Shown: positions 9,752-20,250 of the stretch, one piece after another
Layout: every line of letters begins with the position of its first letter
How positions within the stretch are numbered: position 1 is the stretch's first letter
NCBI GenBank assembly: GCA_003266145.1
Contig: MVJJ01000092.1
Location: forward strand, 1 to 42,032
Source: Methanosphaera sp. SHI613
GTDB lineage: Archaea > Methanobacteriota > Methanobacteria > Methanobacteriales > Methanobacteriaceae
Direction of reading: 5' to 3'
DNA: 42,032 nucleotides
The notes under the pieces: model-generated
The model's database searches: none
What the model was told of the DNA's origin: nothing
The model's input: only the letters and a program-made list of their open reading frames with translations
Position numbers and translations under genes: made by a program

Positions 9752-9787
9752 GTTATGGGAAATAATTTCCCTAACTTATTTTTTTTT
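9752..9787 (+). terminator. Hairpin plus poly-T after the adhesin gene
   Basis: GGGAAAT-a-ATTTCCC stem with flanking AGTTA/TAACT, followed by a T9 run. Confidence 0.6.
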
Positions 9788-10256
9788 GGATTAAAAAATT
9801 TTAGATTTTACTCATGGTATATACATGTGATGTTATTATTTTAATTATCAGATACTCAACTTATAAGAGTCGTATTTCATCATCAATAATATTTACTTAT
9901 TCTTCAGATTCACAAATTTAATTAATCACATTTTTAATTATCATGACATCAAATCATATTATGAAAAATTCCCACCTGAATTTCATATACTGATGTGGAT
10001 GATAAGTTCCATTGATGAAGTATCAATGCTTTTAAAGATTTAGCAATGAAATAACCAATCACATCAACAAAACACTTCATATTGAATTTTCAATAGAATT
10101 AAGTATTTTTTAGATGCTAAAAAAATGTTAAAAGAAATAGATTAATATCCAAATTAATCTCAAGTATTAACTGACAATTTTTCATAATTCAATACGGAGA
10201 TTACATGAGAAAAATGGATAAACAATTTTTATAATTTTTCAAAAAAAAGGGATTTG

Positions 10257-11933
10257 CTAGGAGTTCTGTAACTCCAGCATTTGATGTAGTTTTTCAATCG
10301 TATCCACCTGATCAAGTCCGATATCATCACGAACTCTTTTAATTGCAGGGAATCTCAATGAGTATCCGGACTCGTATTCGTTACTTTCGACTATTTCACT
10401 GTAGGCTACCTCAAGGATTACTGCAGGCTTAAATACCACGGTCTGTTCTGATGTTGATATTATGTATTCCTGCATCCGTTCGGTCATAGTTGCAAGCATT
10501 TCATCATCCATCCCCGTCGCGGCGTGTACAAGCGTCTTGTATTCTCCACTGTCCTCATCATAAAGTGACAATAGATATGATCCGAAGAACTTTGCACGTT
10601 TTCCTTTACCATATATTCCACCGGTTATTACACAGTCCAGGGTTTCACGTATCGGCTTGTATTTAAGCATTGTCTTTCCACGTTTTCCCGGTGAGTATGG
10701 ACTGTTTATGTCCTTGAACATTATTCCTTCATGTCCTGACTCGATAGACCAATCAAATAACTCCTCAGCCTCGGTAAAATTATCAGGAGTTACTATCTTC
10801 ATCGTACTTAATTCCACGTCATCTGATTCTGTGACGATTTCTTCAAGTAGTTTTCGTCTATCCCTTAGGGATTCTTCAGCCGTTGCCTTTTCATAGTATA
10901 ATACGTCGAAGAGGAATAATTTCAAAGGAACTTCATCCATCATCTTATCGATGTCATATTTTCTTTTTACCCGTTGAAGTATGTACTGGAAGGATATTGG
11001 CTTTCCATCCTTAGTCGCGATTACCTCTCCTTCCACTATGAAGTCCACATCCTCTATTGCCCTTTCAACATATTCTACTACTTCAGGCAGTGCGTTGGTT
11101 ACGTTTTCAAGGCGTCTTGTGAATATCTTGGTTATTCCATCGAAGTGATGTATTTGTACTCTTATTCCATCATATTTGGTCTCACACATCACCTCTTCCA
11201 TTTCATCAATACTTTCCCTTATCCCCGGACTAAGCTGAGCAAGCATAGGACGGATTGGTTTTCCAGGTTGGATTGTTAGACTTTTTACGGATTCAATTGA
11301 ATCGGTAGCTCTTTTTGCCACTTCTCCTAAGTCGTTTGAGAGCATGTATGCCCTGTCTATTATTTGCTTATCCATGTTGAATGCTATTGCTATCGCATCA
11401 ACAAGGGTTCCCTCCCCTACACCTATACGTAGTCTTTCGGTTATTGTTCTTGTAATATATTTTGCCTCTATCGGCTCGGCTGATGTGTATAACTCCAACA
11501 GGTAATTCAATTTCTTGTTCTGGGATTTGCTTCCTGTTATTTCCTCGGTCTTTCTGAGGTTTGAGATTACCTTCACTACAGTCAACGGTACCTTAAAGAA
11601 GGTTACCTGTTTATTGTTTGCAACTAACTCTTCGGTTATTTCCCCCATATCCCCGACGGATGCCAGCTTGTTTTCGATAAGAGTGGTGTTTTCTCCAAGA
11701 AGCTTGGATAATGTCTTTATTATAAGCTGGGTAGATATTCCCATCTCTTTTTCGCTCCACGGAGGAAATATCTTTCCCTGCAATAAGAGAGTTATGTCAT
11801 AGATTCTATCAGGGTCGTTTTCCTTGATATCCTTTAGAAAATCAGCAATTATATCCCTTTTTTCTAGACGTGCGGATGTGGATGCTATTTTTTCATAGCA
11901 TTCCACCAGTTTTATGTATGATGTTTTGGTCAT
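10257..11933 (-). CDS. lig: ATP-dependent DNA ligase
   Basis: 558 aa; ETKYDGIR adenylation motif, EGE, EGIMFK, SLRFP; archaeal ligase architecture. Confidence 0.97.
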   Translation of the reverse strand: MTKTSYIKLVECYEKIASTSARLEKRDIIADFLKDIKENDPDRIYDITLLLQGKIFPPWSEKEMGISTQLIIKTLSKLLGENTTLIENKLASVGDMGEITEELVANNKQVTFFKVPLTVVKVISNLRKTEEITGSKSQNKKLNYLLELYTSAEPIEAKYITRTITERLRIGVGEGTLVDAIAIAFNMDKQIIDRAYMLSNDLGEVAKRATDSIESVKSLTIQPGKPIRPMLAQLSPGIRESIDEMEEVMCETKYDGIRVQIHHFDGITKIFTRRLENVTNALPEVVEYVERAIEDVDFIVEGEVIATKDGKPISFQYILQRVKRKYDIDKMMDEVPLKLFLFDVLYYEKATAEESLRDRRKLLEEIVTESDDVELSTMKIVTPDNFTEAEELFDWSIESGHEGIMFKDINSPYSPGKRGKTMLKYKPIRETLDCVITGGIYGKGKRAKFFGSYLLSLYDEDSGEYKTLVHAATGMDDEMLATMTERMQEYIISTSEQTVVFKPAVILEVAYSEIVESNEYESGYSLRFPAIKRVRDDIGLDQVDTIEKLHQMLELQNS

Positions 11934-11943
11934 TTCTGCTCAC

Positions 11944-13152
11944 TTATATTAATGATTTGTATAACATTCCGTTTCCTTCTTTGATTTTGAAGATTTTTAC
12001 GTCATTTTCGTTTGCCAGCTTGTTGTATTCTTCAATCTTATCTTCAGAAAAGTCACGTCCCAGATATATTGCTTCTGGTTTTAGGAAGTCCACTTCGATT
12101 TCATCATCGGTCAGTGAGTATACGTTTTCCAAATCATCCTTTATTAATTCAGAGATTTCATCGGATTCAATTAGTGTTACTACATCTGATATAATTGCTT
12201 TATAATCATATTCAAGGTATTCTCCTTCCATTTTAAGATAATTCTTTTTGTTTATTTCCATTATTTTCGGGTAGGTCATGACCTTTTCATATGCAGGCTG
12301 AAGTATCATGTCAAGTAGTGAGTATTCCTTTTCAGTATATTTATAGGAGTAGATGTATTCCCATCCGCTGTCTTCTTCGTTTATATCATCATCCACTTTT
12401 ACCATGCTTGCACAGTGAGCGTTATAGATTGGATGGTCAAAGTCGTCACTTGATAGTTTTTTGCTTGAATAGACTACCGGAAATAGTTTTGACAAGTGAT
12501 AAGCATTTATCTCGGATATCTCCTTGAAGTCATATGTAAGACATATTCCCCTGTGATTGCATGCGTATTTGTCCCATGTGTGTAGTTTATTGTATGGTGT
12601 CTGGAAGGTTTGTGTGTAAATGTTGTCTCGGTAGAGCTTCATTGTAAAGTAGGTGTTTATGAGTGAAAATACGAGTTGCTGATTGATGAATTCATTCATC
12701 GTATTTTTCCATTGCTTTTGATCATCGGCTGTCATGTCACCGGTATCCTTTGAGTAGACCAGTGTCATAAGCTTGATGAATGGGAAGTCCGCTTCTTCAA
12801 TTATCTGTTTTTCATCATCCTTTAGAAATGTTGGATCTTCCTGTTTCAGGTTTTCTATCTGTTGGTTGGTCAATGCGTTCAACTGTGTTTTTATGGTATT
12901 TTCATAGTCCACTTTTATTATGCTGTCATTGTAATTGGTGGATAATTTCGCTTTTCTTAGTTTTATTTTTGGAGCAAATAGTTCATTTGTATCAATATCT
13001 TCCACATCTTTGTAAAATCTGGCTATTACTGGTGGAAAGTGTTCAAATTTTAATTTATCCGCCTTTTCCAAATCCTCTTTTGTGTTTTCATTCCTTGAAA
13101 ATATTTCAAAGAAGTCCCTTTTCCATTCTTTGTTTAATTGTGTCTCTAACAT
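11944..13152 (-). CDS. DUF2971-like protein (divergent)
   Basis: WDKYACNHRGICLTYD, LFPVVYS and AIYLG resemble DUF2971 motifs. Likely start MLETQL at 13152 after GGGGAT RBS. Ends 10 nt before the lig start. Confidence 0.65.
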   Translation of the reverse strand: MLETQLNKEWKRDFFEIFSRNENTKEDLEKADKLKFEHFPPVIARFYKDVEDIDTNELFAPKIKLRKAKLSTNYNDSIIKVDYENTIKTQLNALTNQQIENLKQEDPTFLKDDEKQIIEEADFPFIKLMTLVYSKDTGDMTADDQKQWKNTMNEFINQQLVFSLINTYFTMKLYRDNIYTQTFQTPYNKLHTWDKYACNHRGICLTYDFKEISEINAYHLSKLFPVVYSSKKLSSDDFDHPIYNAHCASMVKVDDDINEEDSGWEYIYSYKYTEKEYSLLDMILQPAYEKVMTYPKIMEINKKNYLKMEGEYLEYDYKAIISDVVTLIESDEISELIKDDLENVYSLTDDEIEVDFLKPEAIYLGRDFSEDKIEEYNKLANENDVKIFKIKEGNGMLYKSLI

Positions 13153-13354
13153 ATAATCCCCATGAATTTTATAAGTACTGTTAATTGTTATAATAAATTT
13201 TTCATTCAATAATAATACTATATTGTACTTTGAAGTAAAAAAATTTTTATATAATACTGTGACAAAAAATGAATAATACGAAATACAATATAATATATAC
13301 TAAGTAGAAAAATATCATGATAACAAATTATTAACAATACAGGGAGGTAAATAG

Positions 13355-16300
13355 ATGGACTATTTTCAGATGCTTGAGGAAAAGACACACGAGTTATATG
13401 CCATAGCAAGAGAAGCTAGAAAACAGGGAAAGGATTTAGAGCTGGAACCGGAAATTCCACTTGCAAAAGACTTGGCCGAACGTGTAGAAGGGCTTGTTGG
13501 TCCTGAAGGAGTTGCTAAAAGAATCAAGGAACTAGAAAAATCAATGAGTCGTGAAGAAGTGGCTTTTCAGATAGCAAAGGAAATTGCTACAAAGGATGAC
13601 GTTGCAGGCCAGGACAACAACTATGAAGTTCAGGAGGCAAACGCAGATAGTGCTATTCGTACAGCACTTGCTATACTCACGGAAGGAGTAGTGGCAGCAC
13701 CATTGGAAGGTATTGCTAAGGTAAAAATTAAGGATAACCCTGATGGAGGCAAATGTTTCGGTGTTTACTTTGCAGGTCCTATCAGAAGTGCGGGTGGTAC
13801 TGCCGCAGCACTTGCAGTGCTATTGGGAGATTACATCAGAATTGCACAGGGACATGACAGGTACAAGCCTACTGATGATGAGATTGAAAGATATGTGGAG
13901 GAAGTTGAACTATACGAGTCAGAAGTTACAAATCTCCAGTATTCACCTACACCTGAAGAGGTAAGACTTGCCATCAGAGGAATTCCGGTAGAGGTAACCG
14001 GTGAGCCTACCGACCAGATTGAGGTACAGAATAGGGATCTTCCACGTGTTGAAACAAACAACATCAGGGGAGGAGCATTACTTGCGGTGGCTGAAGGTGT
14101 TATCCAGAAATCCCGTAAGATTCTTAAGTATGCTGCTACGTTAAAGATTGACGGATGGAGCTGGCTTGAGTACTTCACTGCACCAAAAAGTGAGAAGAAA
14201 GATGACTCCAAGGAAGAAAATAAGCCAAAGCCTAAGAAAAAGGCAAAATATCTTGAGGATATTATCGGTGGAAGGCCAGTATTATCATACCCTGGAGCTA
14301 AGGGAGGTTTCAGATTAAGATATGGTCGAACACGTGACAGTGGACTGGCATCCATGGCAATTCACCCCGCTACGATGGAAATCATAGAATTTTTAGCAGT
14401 CGGTACTCAGATGAAAATTGAAAAGCCAGGTAAGGGTAACTGTGTAGTTCCATGTGACTCCATCGAGGGACCTATTGTCAAGCTAAAGAATGGTGATGTC
14501 GTACAGGTAAACTCCATCAGCCAGGCAATAAAAATCAGAAGGGACGTCATTGAAATATTATTCGTTGGTGATATGCTAGTGGCATTCGGTGAATACCTAA
14601 GAGGAAACATTCCACTTGATGCATCATGTTGGTGTGAGGAATGGTGGGCTCAGGAAGTTGAAGCATCAGATTACTTCAAAGAAAGCCATGACGACTTTGG
14701 AATTGGATTTAAGGAAGAACTGGAACTTGATGATTTGCTGAAACTGGACATTGATGTTCATAAGGCCATTGAAATAGCACAGAAAACAGATACTCCATTA
14801 CATCCTAAATATACATATTATTATCATGATATTACAAAGGAAGAGGCAAACAATTTACATGATTACCTGTATTCTTTGATTGAAAGCCCGGATAATGTAT
14901 TTAATGTTGATATGAACAGGATTCCTATAGATTATCATAAAAGGATTATAGAGGTTCTGGGTATTTGTCATCACGTAAACAACAACTCCCTTGTCATGAA
15001 CAATGATGACTTGTATGCTCTCATGTATACCATTCCTAAGCATCTGACTGATGATGAGGATGTTGACACTGTTGAGGCAATAAACAAGAACAGCCCAGTA
15101 AAGATAAAGGCCAAAGCTCCTGTATTTATTGGTGGAAGAATGGGTAGACCTGAGAAGACCAAGGAAAGACTCATGAAACCTGCACCTCATTCACTATTTC
15201 CTATAGGTAACTATGCAGGTAACATTCGTAACATAGTTGAGGCTGCAAAGAAGGGAACCATCAAGGTTGACCTGGCCAAGTGTAAGTGTACCAATCCTGA
15301 CTGTATGGTCACATCATTCAAGTCAATCTGCCCGGTATGTGGTTCAAGAACCGAACTTCAGAATTCAGGTGCTTCAAACATTAAATTAGGTAAATTACTT
15401 GCAGATGCATTTGACAGCGTTAATATAAGAAGACTTGATGAGGTCAAGGGTGTTAAAGGTTTGATTTCACAGGACAAATTCCCTGAACCATTGGAAAAGG
15501 GAGTGCTACGTGCCAAAAATGAAGTGTTTACATATAGGGACGGTACCATAAGACATGACTCAACAGACTTGCCGTTGACACACTTTATTCCACGTGAAAT
15601 CGGTGTACCACATGAGAAGATTCTTGAGATGGACTATACCGAGGATATCTATGGAGAGCCTATTACCAGTGATGATCAGATTGTTGAACTTAAGATACAG
15701 GATGTTGTGGTATCTGAAAGCTGTGGGGATTATCTTCTTAAGGTTTCCAAATTCATTGATGACTTGCTTGTCAAGTATTATAATATGGAACCATTTTATA
15801 ATGCCGAAACGCGACTTGACTTGGTTGGACATTTGATAGCGGGACTGGCACCGCACACATCAGCAGGTGTTCTCGGTAGGATTGTTGGGTATACCAAGGC
15901 TTCCGGTTGTTATGCTCACCCGTACTTCCATTCTGCTAAAAGAAGAAACTGTGACAGTGATGAGGATGCTGTGATGCTGCTTTTGGATGCATTGCTTAAC
16001 TTTGGTAAAACATATCTGCCTAATACTCGTGGTGGTAGTATGGATGCCCCACTGGTTTTAAGTATAAAAATCGACCCAGAGGAGATAGATGATGAGTCCC
16101 ACAACATTGACTGTGTAAGGAGAATTCCGTTGGAGATTTATCGTAAGACAGAAGAAGGTGGTGTGAAACCATCAGATGTCAACGACCTGATGGATAATGT
16201 CGAGTCAAGGTTGGGTACTGATGCACAGTATAAAGGTTTGATGTATTCCCACCCAACTAGTTCGATACATGCCGGACCAAAAATTTGTCTATATAAAACT

Positions 16301-16702
16301 TTACAATCCATGCCCGAAAAGGTTGAAAGACAGATTAGCCTCGCAGAGATGCTAAGATGCGTTGACCAAAAAGGTGTTGTGGAAGGTGTTTTAAACTCCC
16401 ACTTCCTACCAGACATGGCTGGAAATATCAGAGCGTTTTCAAGACAGAAGGTACGTTGTACTAAGTGTGGAGCCAAGTATAGAAGAATTCCTTTATCAGG
16501 AGAGTGTACTTGTGGAAACTCATTGATATTCAGTATATCCAAAGGGTCTGTATTGAAGTATTTAGACATTTCAAAGGAATTATGTCAGAAATATCCTATA
16601 AATCCATATGTTGTGGAACGTATTGAAATATTGGAGACTTCTATTAATTCATTATTTGAAAGTGACAAATCTAAGCAGAGTTCACTGGACGTATTTTTCT
16701 AA
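13355..16702 (+). CDS. polC: DNA polymerase D large subunit (DP2)
   Basis: 1115 aa; YFAGPIRSAGGT, GGFRLRYGR, KRRNCDSDED catalytic motif, C-terminal Zn finger, PIP-box-like QSSLDVFF. No intein. Confidence 0.97.
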   Translation: MDYFQMLEEKTHELYAIAREARKQGKDLELEPEIPLAKDLAERVEGLVGPEGVAKRIKELEKSMSREEVAFQIAKEIATKDDVAGQDNNYEVQEANADSAIRTALAILTEGVVAAPLEGIAKVKIKDNPDGGKCFGVYFAGPIRSAGGTAAALAVLLGDYIRIAQGHDRYKPTDDEIERYVEEVELYESEVTNLQYSPTPEEVRLAIRGIPVEVTGEPTDQIEVQNRDLPRVETNNIRGGALLAVAEGVIQKSRKILKYAATLKIDGWSWLEYFTAPKSEKKDDSKEENKPKPKKKAKYLEDIIGGRPVLSYPGAKGGFRLRYGRTRDSGLASMAIHPATMEIIEFLAVGTQMKIEKPGKGNCVVPCDSIEGPIVKLKNGDVVQVNSISQAIKIRRDVIEILFVGDMLVAFGEYLRGNIPLDASCWCEEWWAQEVEASDYFKESHDDFGIGFKEELELDDLLKLDIDVHKAIEIAQKTDTPLHPKYTYYYHDITKEEANNLHDYLYSLIESPDNVFNVDMNRIPIDYHKRIIEVLGICHHVNNNSLVMNNDDLYALMYTIPKHLTDDEDVDTVEAINKNSPVKIKAKAPVFIGGRMGRPEKTKERLMKPAPHSLFPIGNYAGNIRNIVEAAKKGTIKVDLAKCKCTNPDCMVTSFKSICPVCGSRTELQNSGASNIKLGKLLADAFDSVNIRRLDEVKGVKGLISQDKFPEPLEKGVLRAKNEVFTYRDGTIRHDSTDLPLTHFIPREIGVPHEKILEMDYTEDIYGEPITSDDQIVELKIQDVVVSESCGDYLLKVSKFIDDLLVKYYNMEPFYNAETRLDLVGHLIAGLAPHTSAGVLGRIVGYTKASGCYAHPYFHSAKRRNCDSDEDAVMLLLDALLNFGKTYLPNTRGGSMDAPLVLSIKIDPEEIDDESHNIDCVRRIPLEIYRKTEEGGVKPSDVNDLMDNVESRLGTDAQYKGLMYSHPTSSIHAGPKICLYKTLQSMPEKVERQISLAEMLRCVDQKGVVEGVLNSHFLPDMAGNIRAFSRQKVRCTKCGAKYRRIPLSGECTCGNSLIFSISKGSVLKYLDISKELCQKYPINPYVVERIEILETSINSLFESDKSKQSSLDVFF

Positions 16703-16874
16703 TCCCCTTTACTTTTTTTCAAGGAAAAATAGTTTAGATACATACAAACTATTTTAATATATACGAACTTCTTTTTTTCAAAAATGCAACTTATTATATA
16801 CTACGAAAACCAAAGTAATAATAAGAAATAATGACTAAAAAAATTTACCGATATAATGATATGGACGTGAAAAA

Positions 16875-19190
16875 ATGATGAAAGACCCTGAAACAATTCA
16901 AGAAGCATACAACCTAAATGACATATATGTCATCAAGAACGATGGAATTAAGGAAAAATTCAGTTATGAAAAACTAATCCGTTCATGTATAATGATAAAC
17001 ATCCCATTAGGATTATCAGAAAAAATAGCATACAAAGTATCTAAAGAAGCACATGACAACATAACAACAAAAGAAATAAAAAATATAATATACGAAATAC
17101 TAAAAAAAGAAAACGTAAACCTTGCAGATAAATACTACAATACCAACTCATTACGTGTAAGAACAGGTAGAGACACAATCGAGCCATTCGACAAATCAAA
17201 AATTGCAAACACACTTATTCAAGAAACACAGACAACACCTAAATTAGCAAACAAAATAGCTAATGAAGTATACAAAGAACTCAAAAAACTTGAATTAGAC
17301 TACCTTACTGCACCTATCATAAGGGAAATGGTAAATACAAAACTAACAGAAAACGGTCTTGAATCATTAAGAAGAAAATATACCCGATTAGGAATGCCGG
17401 TGTACAACATAACAAACCTAATCGAATCAGGAAACAAAGACAATGCAAACATGATGCATAACCCTGAAACAATCCATAAATATGTTGCAGACGAGTCATT
17501 AAAACAATACGCATTACTAAACATACTACCTCACAACCTTGCAGATGCACATATGAACGGTAGCGTACACATACACGACCTGGAATTCTTCGCAGGAAGA
17601 CCAATAAACTGTTTACAACACGACCTTAGACAATTCATCAAATACGGACTAAAAGTAGATGGAACAGGTGACCATACAAGTGTAGCAAAAGCACCAAACC
17701 ACATCGAAACATTAATGAACCACTCCGGAGAAATCATGCTTGCAGCACAGCAAAACATGAGTGGTGGACAAGCAATGAGTCTATGGAACGTATTCGTAGC
17801 ACCATTTGCAGTAGGACTTCCATACGAAAAAATCCAACAATCCGTGGAAATGTTCATATTCAACCTAAACATGGCATATGCAGCTCGTGGAGGACAAGTA
17901 CCATTTACCAGCGTAGGACTTGAATTTACAGTACCGGACTTCCTTAAAAACGAACCTGCATACGGACCTGGAGGTAAAAAAGTAGGAGTATATGGAGATT
18001 ATGAAAAAGAGGTAAGACTCATCCAAAGAGCATTCACTGAAGCACTTATAAAAGGAGATTCAGAAGGAAAACCACACCTTTTCCCAAACACCATCTACTA
18101 CCTAAGAAAAGAATGTTTAACACCTGAATTTACCGAAGACATAGAAAGAGTACACTTCTTATCAGCCAAATTCGGAACAGCATACTTCATAAACATGTTA
18201 CCAAAATACATGGGAAACATGGCAAACTACATGGGATGCCGTACCAGACTATCTGATAACTGGACAGGTGACTGGGATACAGACTGTCTAAGAACAGGAA
18301 ACCTAGCATATGTAACAATGAACCTACCACGTATAGGATACAACGCAAGGGATGAAAACGAAATCTATGACTACCTTGACGATTACATGAACATAGTTGA
18401 AGAGGTACTGCTTTTAAGACGTGAAAGAGCATTGAAATGTCTAAACGACTACAAGATACTTCCATTCCTAACACAAAAAATGGGTGATGATCCATACTAC
18501 AGAGTAGACAACAGTACATTATCATTCGGATTTGTAGGATTAAATGAAATGCTTATGGCACAAACCGGTGCAGGACTAGAAGATCCTAGTTCAAACAAGT
18601 TAGGTCATGACATAATCCAATATATCAACGATAGAGCAAACAGTCTCAAAAGCGAAACCGGCCTAAGATGGGGTGTAATCCAAACACCTGCAGAAAGTAC
18701 AGCATACAGATTTGCAACCATGGACAGAGAAAAATATCCTGACCAGGTAATATGTAACGGAGACTCTTCAGCATCATACTACACCAACAGTAACCACGTA
18801 CCTGTAGATACTGCAATGAGCCTTCCTGAAAAAATAAAAATAGAATCAGAATATCATCCATTAACACAGGGTGGACACATATTCCATGCATTCATGGGTG
18901 AAAGCTACAGTGATCCTGACAGTCTAATGAGCTTAACTGATAAAATTACTCATAAAACAGACATAGGATTCTGGGCATACAGCAGTGCATTAAGTTTCTG
19001 TGTAAACTGTAAGACATTAATGAAAGGATTACAATCAAAATGTACCCACTGTGGTGAAACACAAGAAGTAGAATGGTATGACAGAATCACAGGATACGTA
19101 CAACAGGTAGGTCACGCAAAACATGCATCCGGTGGATGGAATGCAGGTAAAAAACAAGAATTATTAGACAGAAACAGATGGCAAAAATAA
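16875..19190 (+). CDS. nrdD: Anaerobic (class III) ribonucleoside-triphosphate reductase with two ATP cones
   Basis: Two N-terminal ATP cones (VIKNDG.., VRTGRD..), HIHDL, NYMGCRT finger loop, CxxC...CxxC, DRITGY glycyl-radical motif. Confidence 0.96.
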   Translation: MMKDPETIQEAYNLNDIYVIKNDGIKEKFSYEKLIRSCIMINIPLGLSEKIAYKVSKEAHDNITTKEIKNIIYEILKKENVNLADKYYNTNSLRVRTGRDTIEPFDKSKIANTLIQETQTTPKLANKIANEVYKELKKLELDYLTAPIIREMVNTKLTENGLESLRRKYTRLGMPVYNITNLIESGNKDNANMMHNPETIHKYVADESLKQYALLNILPHNLADAHMNGSVHIHDLEFFAGRPINCLQHDLRQFIKYGLKVDGTGDHTSVAKAPNHIETLMNHSGEIMLAAQQNMSGGQAMSLWNVFVAPFAVGLPYEKIQQSVEMFIFNLNMAYAARGGQVPFTSVGLEFTVPDFLKNEPAYGPGGKKVGVYGDYEKEVRLIQRAFTEALIKGDSEGKPHLFPNTIYYLRKECLTPEFTEDIERVHFLSAKFGTAYFINMLPKYMGNMANYMGCRTRLSDNWTGDWDTDCLRTGNLAYVTMNLPRIGYNARDENEIYDYLDDYMNIVEEVLLLRRERALKCLNDYKILPFLTQKMGDDPYYRVDNSTLSFGFVGLNEMLMAQTGAGLEDPSSNKLGHDIIQYINDRANSLKSETGLRWGVIQTPAESTAYRFATMDREKYPDQVICNGDSSASYYTNSNHVPVDTAMSLPEKIKIESEYHPLTQGGHIFHAFMGESYSDPDSLMSLTDKITHKTDIGFWAYSSALSFCVNCKTLMKGLQSKCTHCGETQEVEWYDRITGYVQQVGHAKHASGGWNAGKKQELLDRNRWQK

Positions 19191-19222
19191 GTAGACAATT
19201 ACTTATTTTCACTACTCTTTTT

Positions 19223-20041
19223 TTATAATAAATATTTATCCTCCAACGTTACAGCAGTACCGTATATAGCAACCAATACATCCGGTGGAAACTGCTGGTT
19301 ATAATTTGTATACTCAATTTCAATATCTATAATGGCATTGGCGCCAATTTCTTCAGCATTTTTTTTCAAATCATTGAGTATGTACTCCTTTGCAATGGTA
19401 TAATCGTTTTGTCTGAGCATGTTTCTCTTGGATACATCAGAACCCATAAAATCAATTACCTCTCCAGGTTTTTTATCCTCAAATTCTATGACTTTTTCTG
19501 AAAAGATTAAACCATGATATTTTTTTATTGATATTTCTGGTTCATTTGTCAACACCAGAACATCAGATGATTCAAAATCCTGCATCTGATTTACAGGTAT
19601 TGCCTTCTTACGTTTTACGAACAAAGTTTCTATTACTGAACCTACACGACCTAATCCATAGATAAATATGAATAATAGTGCCAATAAAATATAGTTTATA
19701 GTCAATGGAAATGCCGCCTGTAACATCAGGACAAATCCGCCAACTGTGAAGATATTCCATGTAATTGGATTTGCGGGAAATACCCAACCCATCACATTTG
19801 TGATAATAAACAATATGATTGAACTTATTGCACCGGAGGTTTCACCTGTGAAGTTTTTGGAGACATATGTTTCAACAAAACCGGCGATAATCGGAGATAT
19901 TATGATATAAATATTGAATCCATAGATTGCCAGATTATACCTCGTACAGATCATCACAGATACTAATCCAACAAATGTTCCAATAATTATTGAAATGAGA
20001 AACGATAGATTCTTATTGTTTATCTTGTCATAGATAGTCAT
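19223..20041 (-). CDS. Membrane protein with C-terminal YbjQ-like (UPF0145) domain
   Basis: Several N-terminal TM helices; C-terminal AEEIGANAIIDIEIEY...VAIYGTAV is YbjQ-like. Confidence 0.75.
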   Translation of the reverse strand: MTIYDKINNKNLSFLISIIIGTFVGLVSVMICTRYNLAIYGFNIYIIISPIIAGFVETYVSKNFTGETSGAISSIILFIITNVMGWVFPANPITWNIFTVGGFVLMLQAAFPLTINYILLALLFIFIYGLGRVGSVIETLFVKRKKAIPVNQMQDFESSDVLVLTNEPEISIKKYHGLIFSEKVIEFEDKKPGEVIDFMGSDVSKRNMLRQNDYTIAKEYILNDLKKNAEEIGANAIIDIEIEYTNYNQQFPPDVLVAIYGTAVTLEDKYLL

Positions 20042-20250
20042 TATTAACTCCTCTAATTAATTATTAGGACAATCTTATTTAAATTATTTGGTAAATATTT
20101 GAAAACAAAAATTGTATAATATGAAAGTTACATAATAATAAAATAGCGAAAAATTATCGATAATATAAAATTAATATCTTGAAAGAAAATATTTTCCTTT
20201 ACTTTAATATTAATCATATTATCACAGATAACATTAATGAGGGTGAAACA

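Noticed and set aside
9768..9780. GGAA...TTCC just after the adhesin stop as an NrpR operator
   Set aside because: The spacer is 5 nt rather than 6, and it is part of the terminator hairpin.
9950..10081. 43-codon minus-strand ORF (MKCFVDVIGY...)
   Set aside because: No RBS and no recognisable motif.
13355..19190. Inteins in PolD DP2 or NrdD
   Set aside because: Both have normal lengths and no intein or LAGLIDADG motifs.
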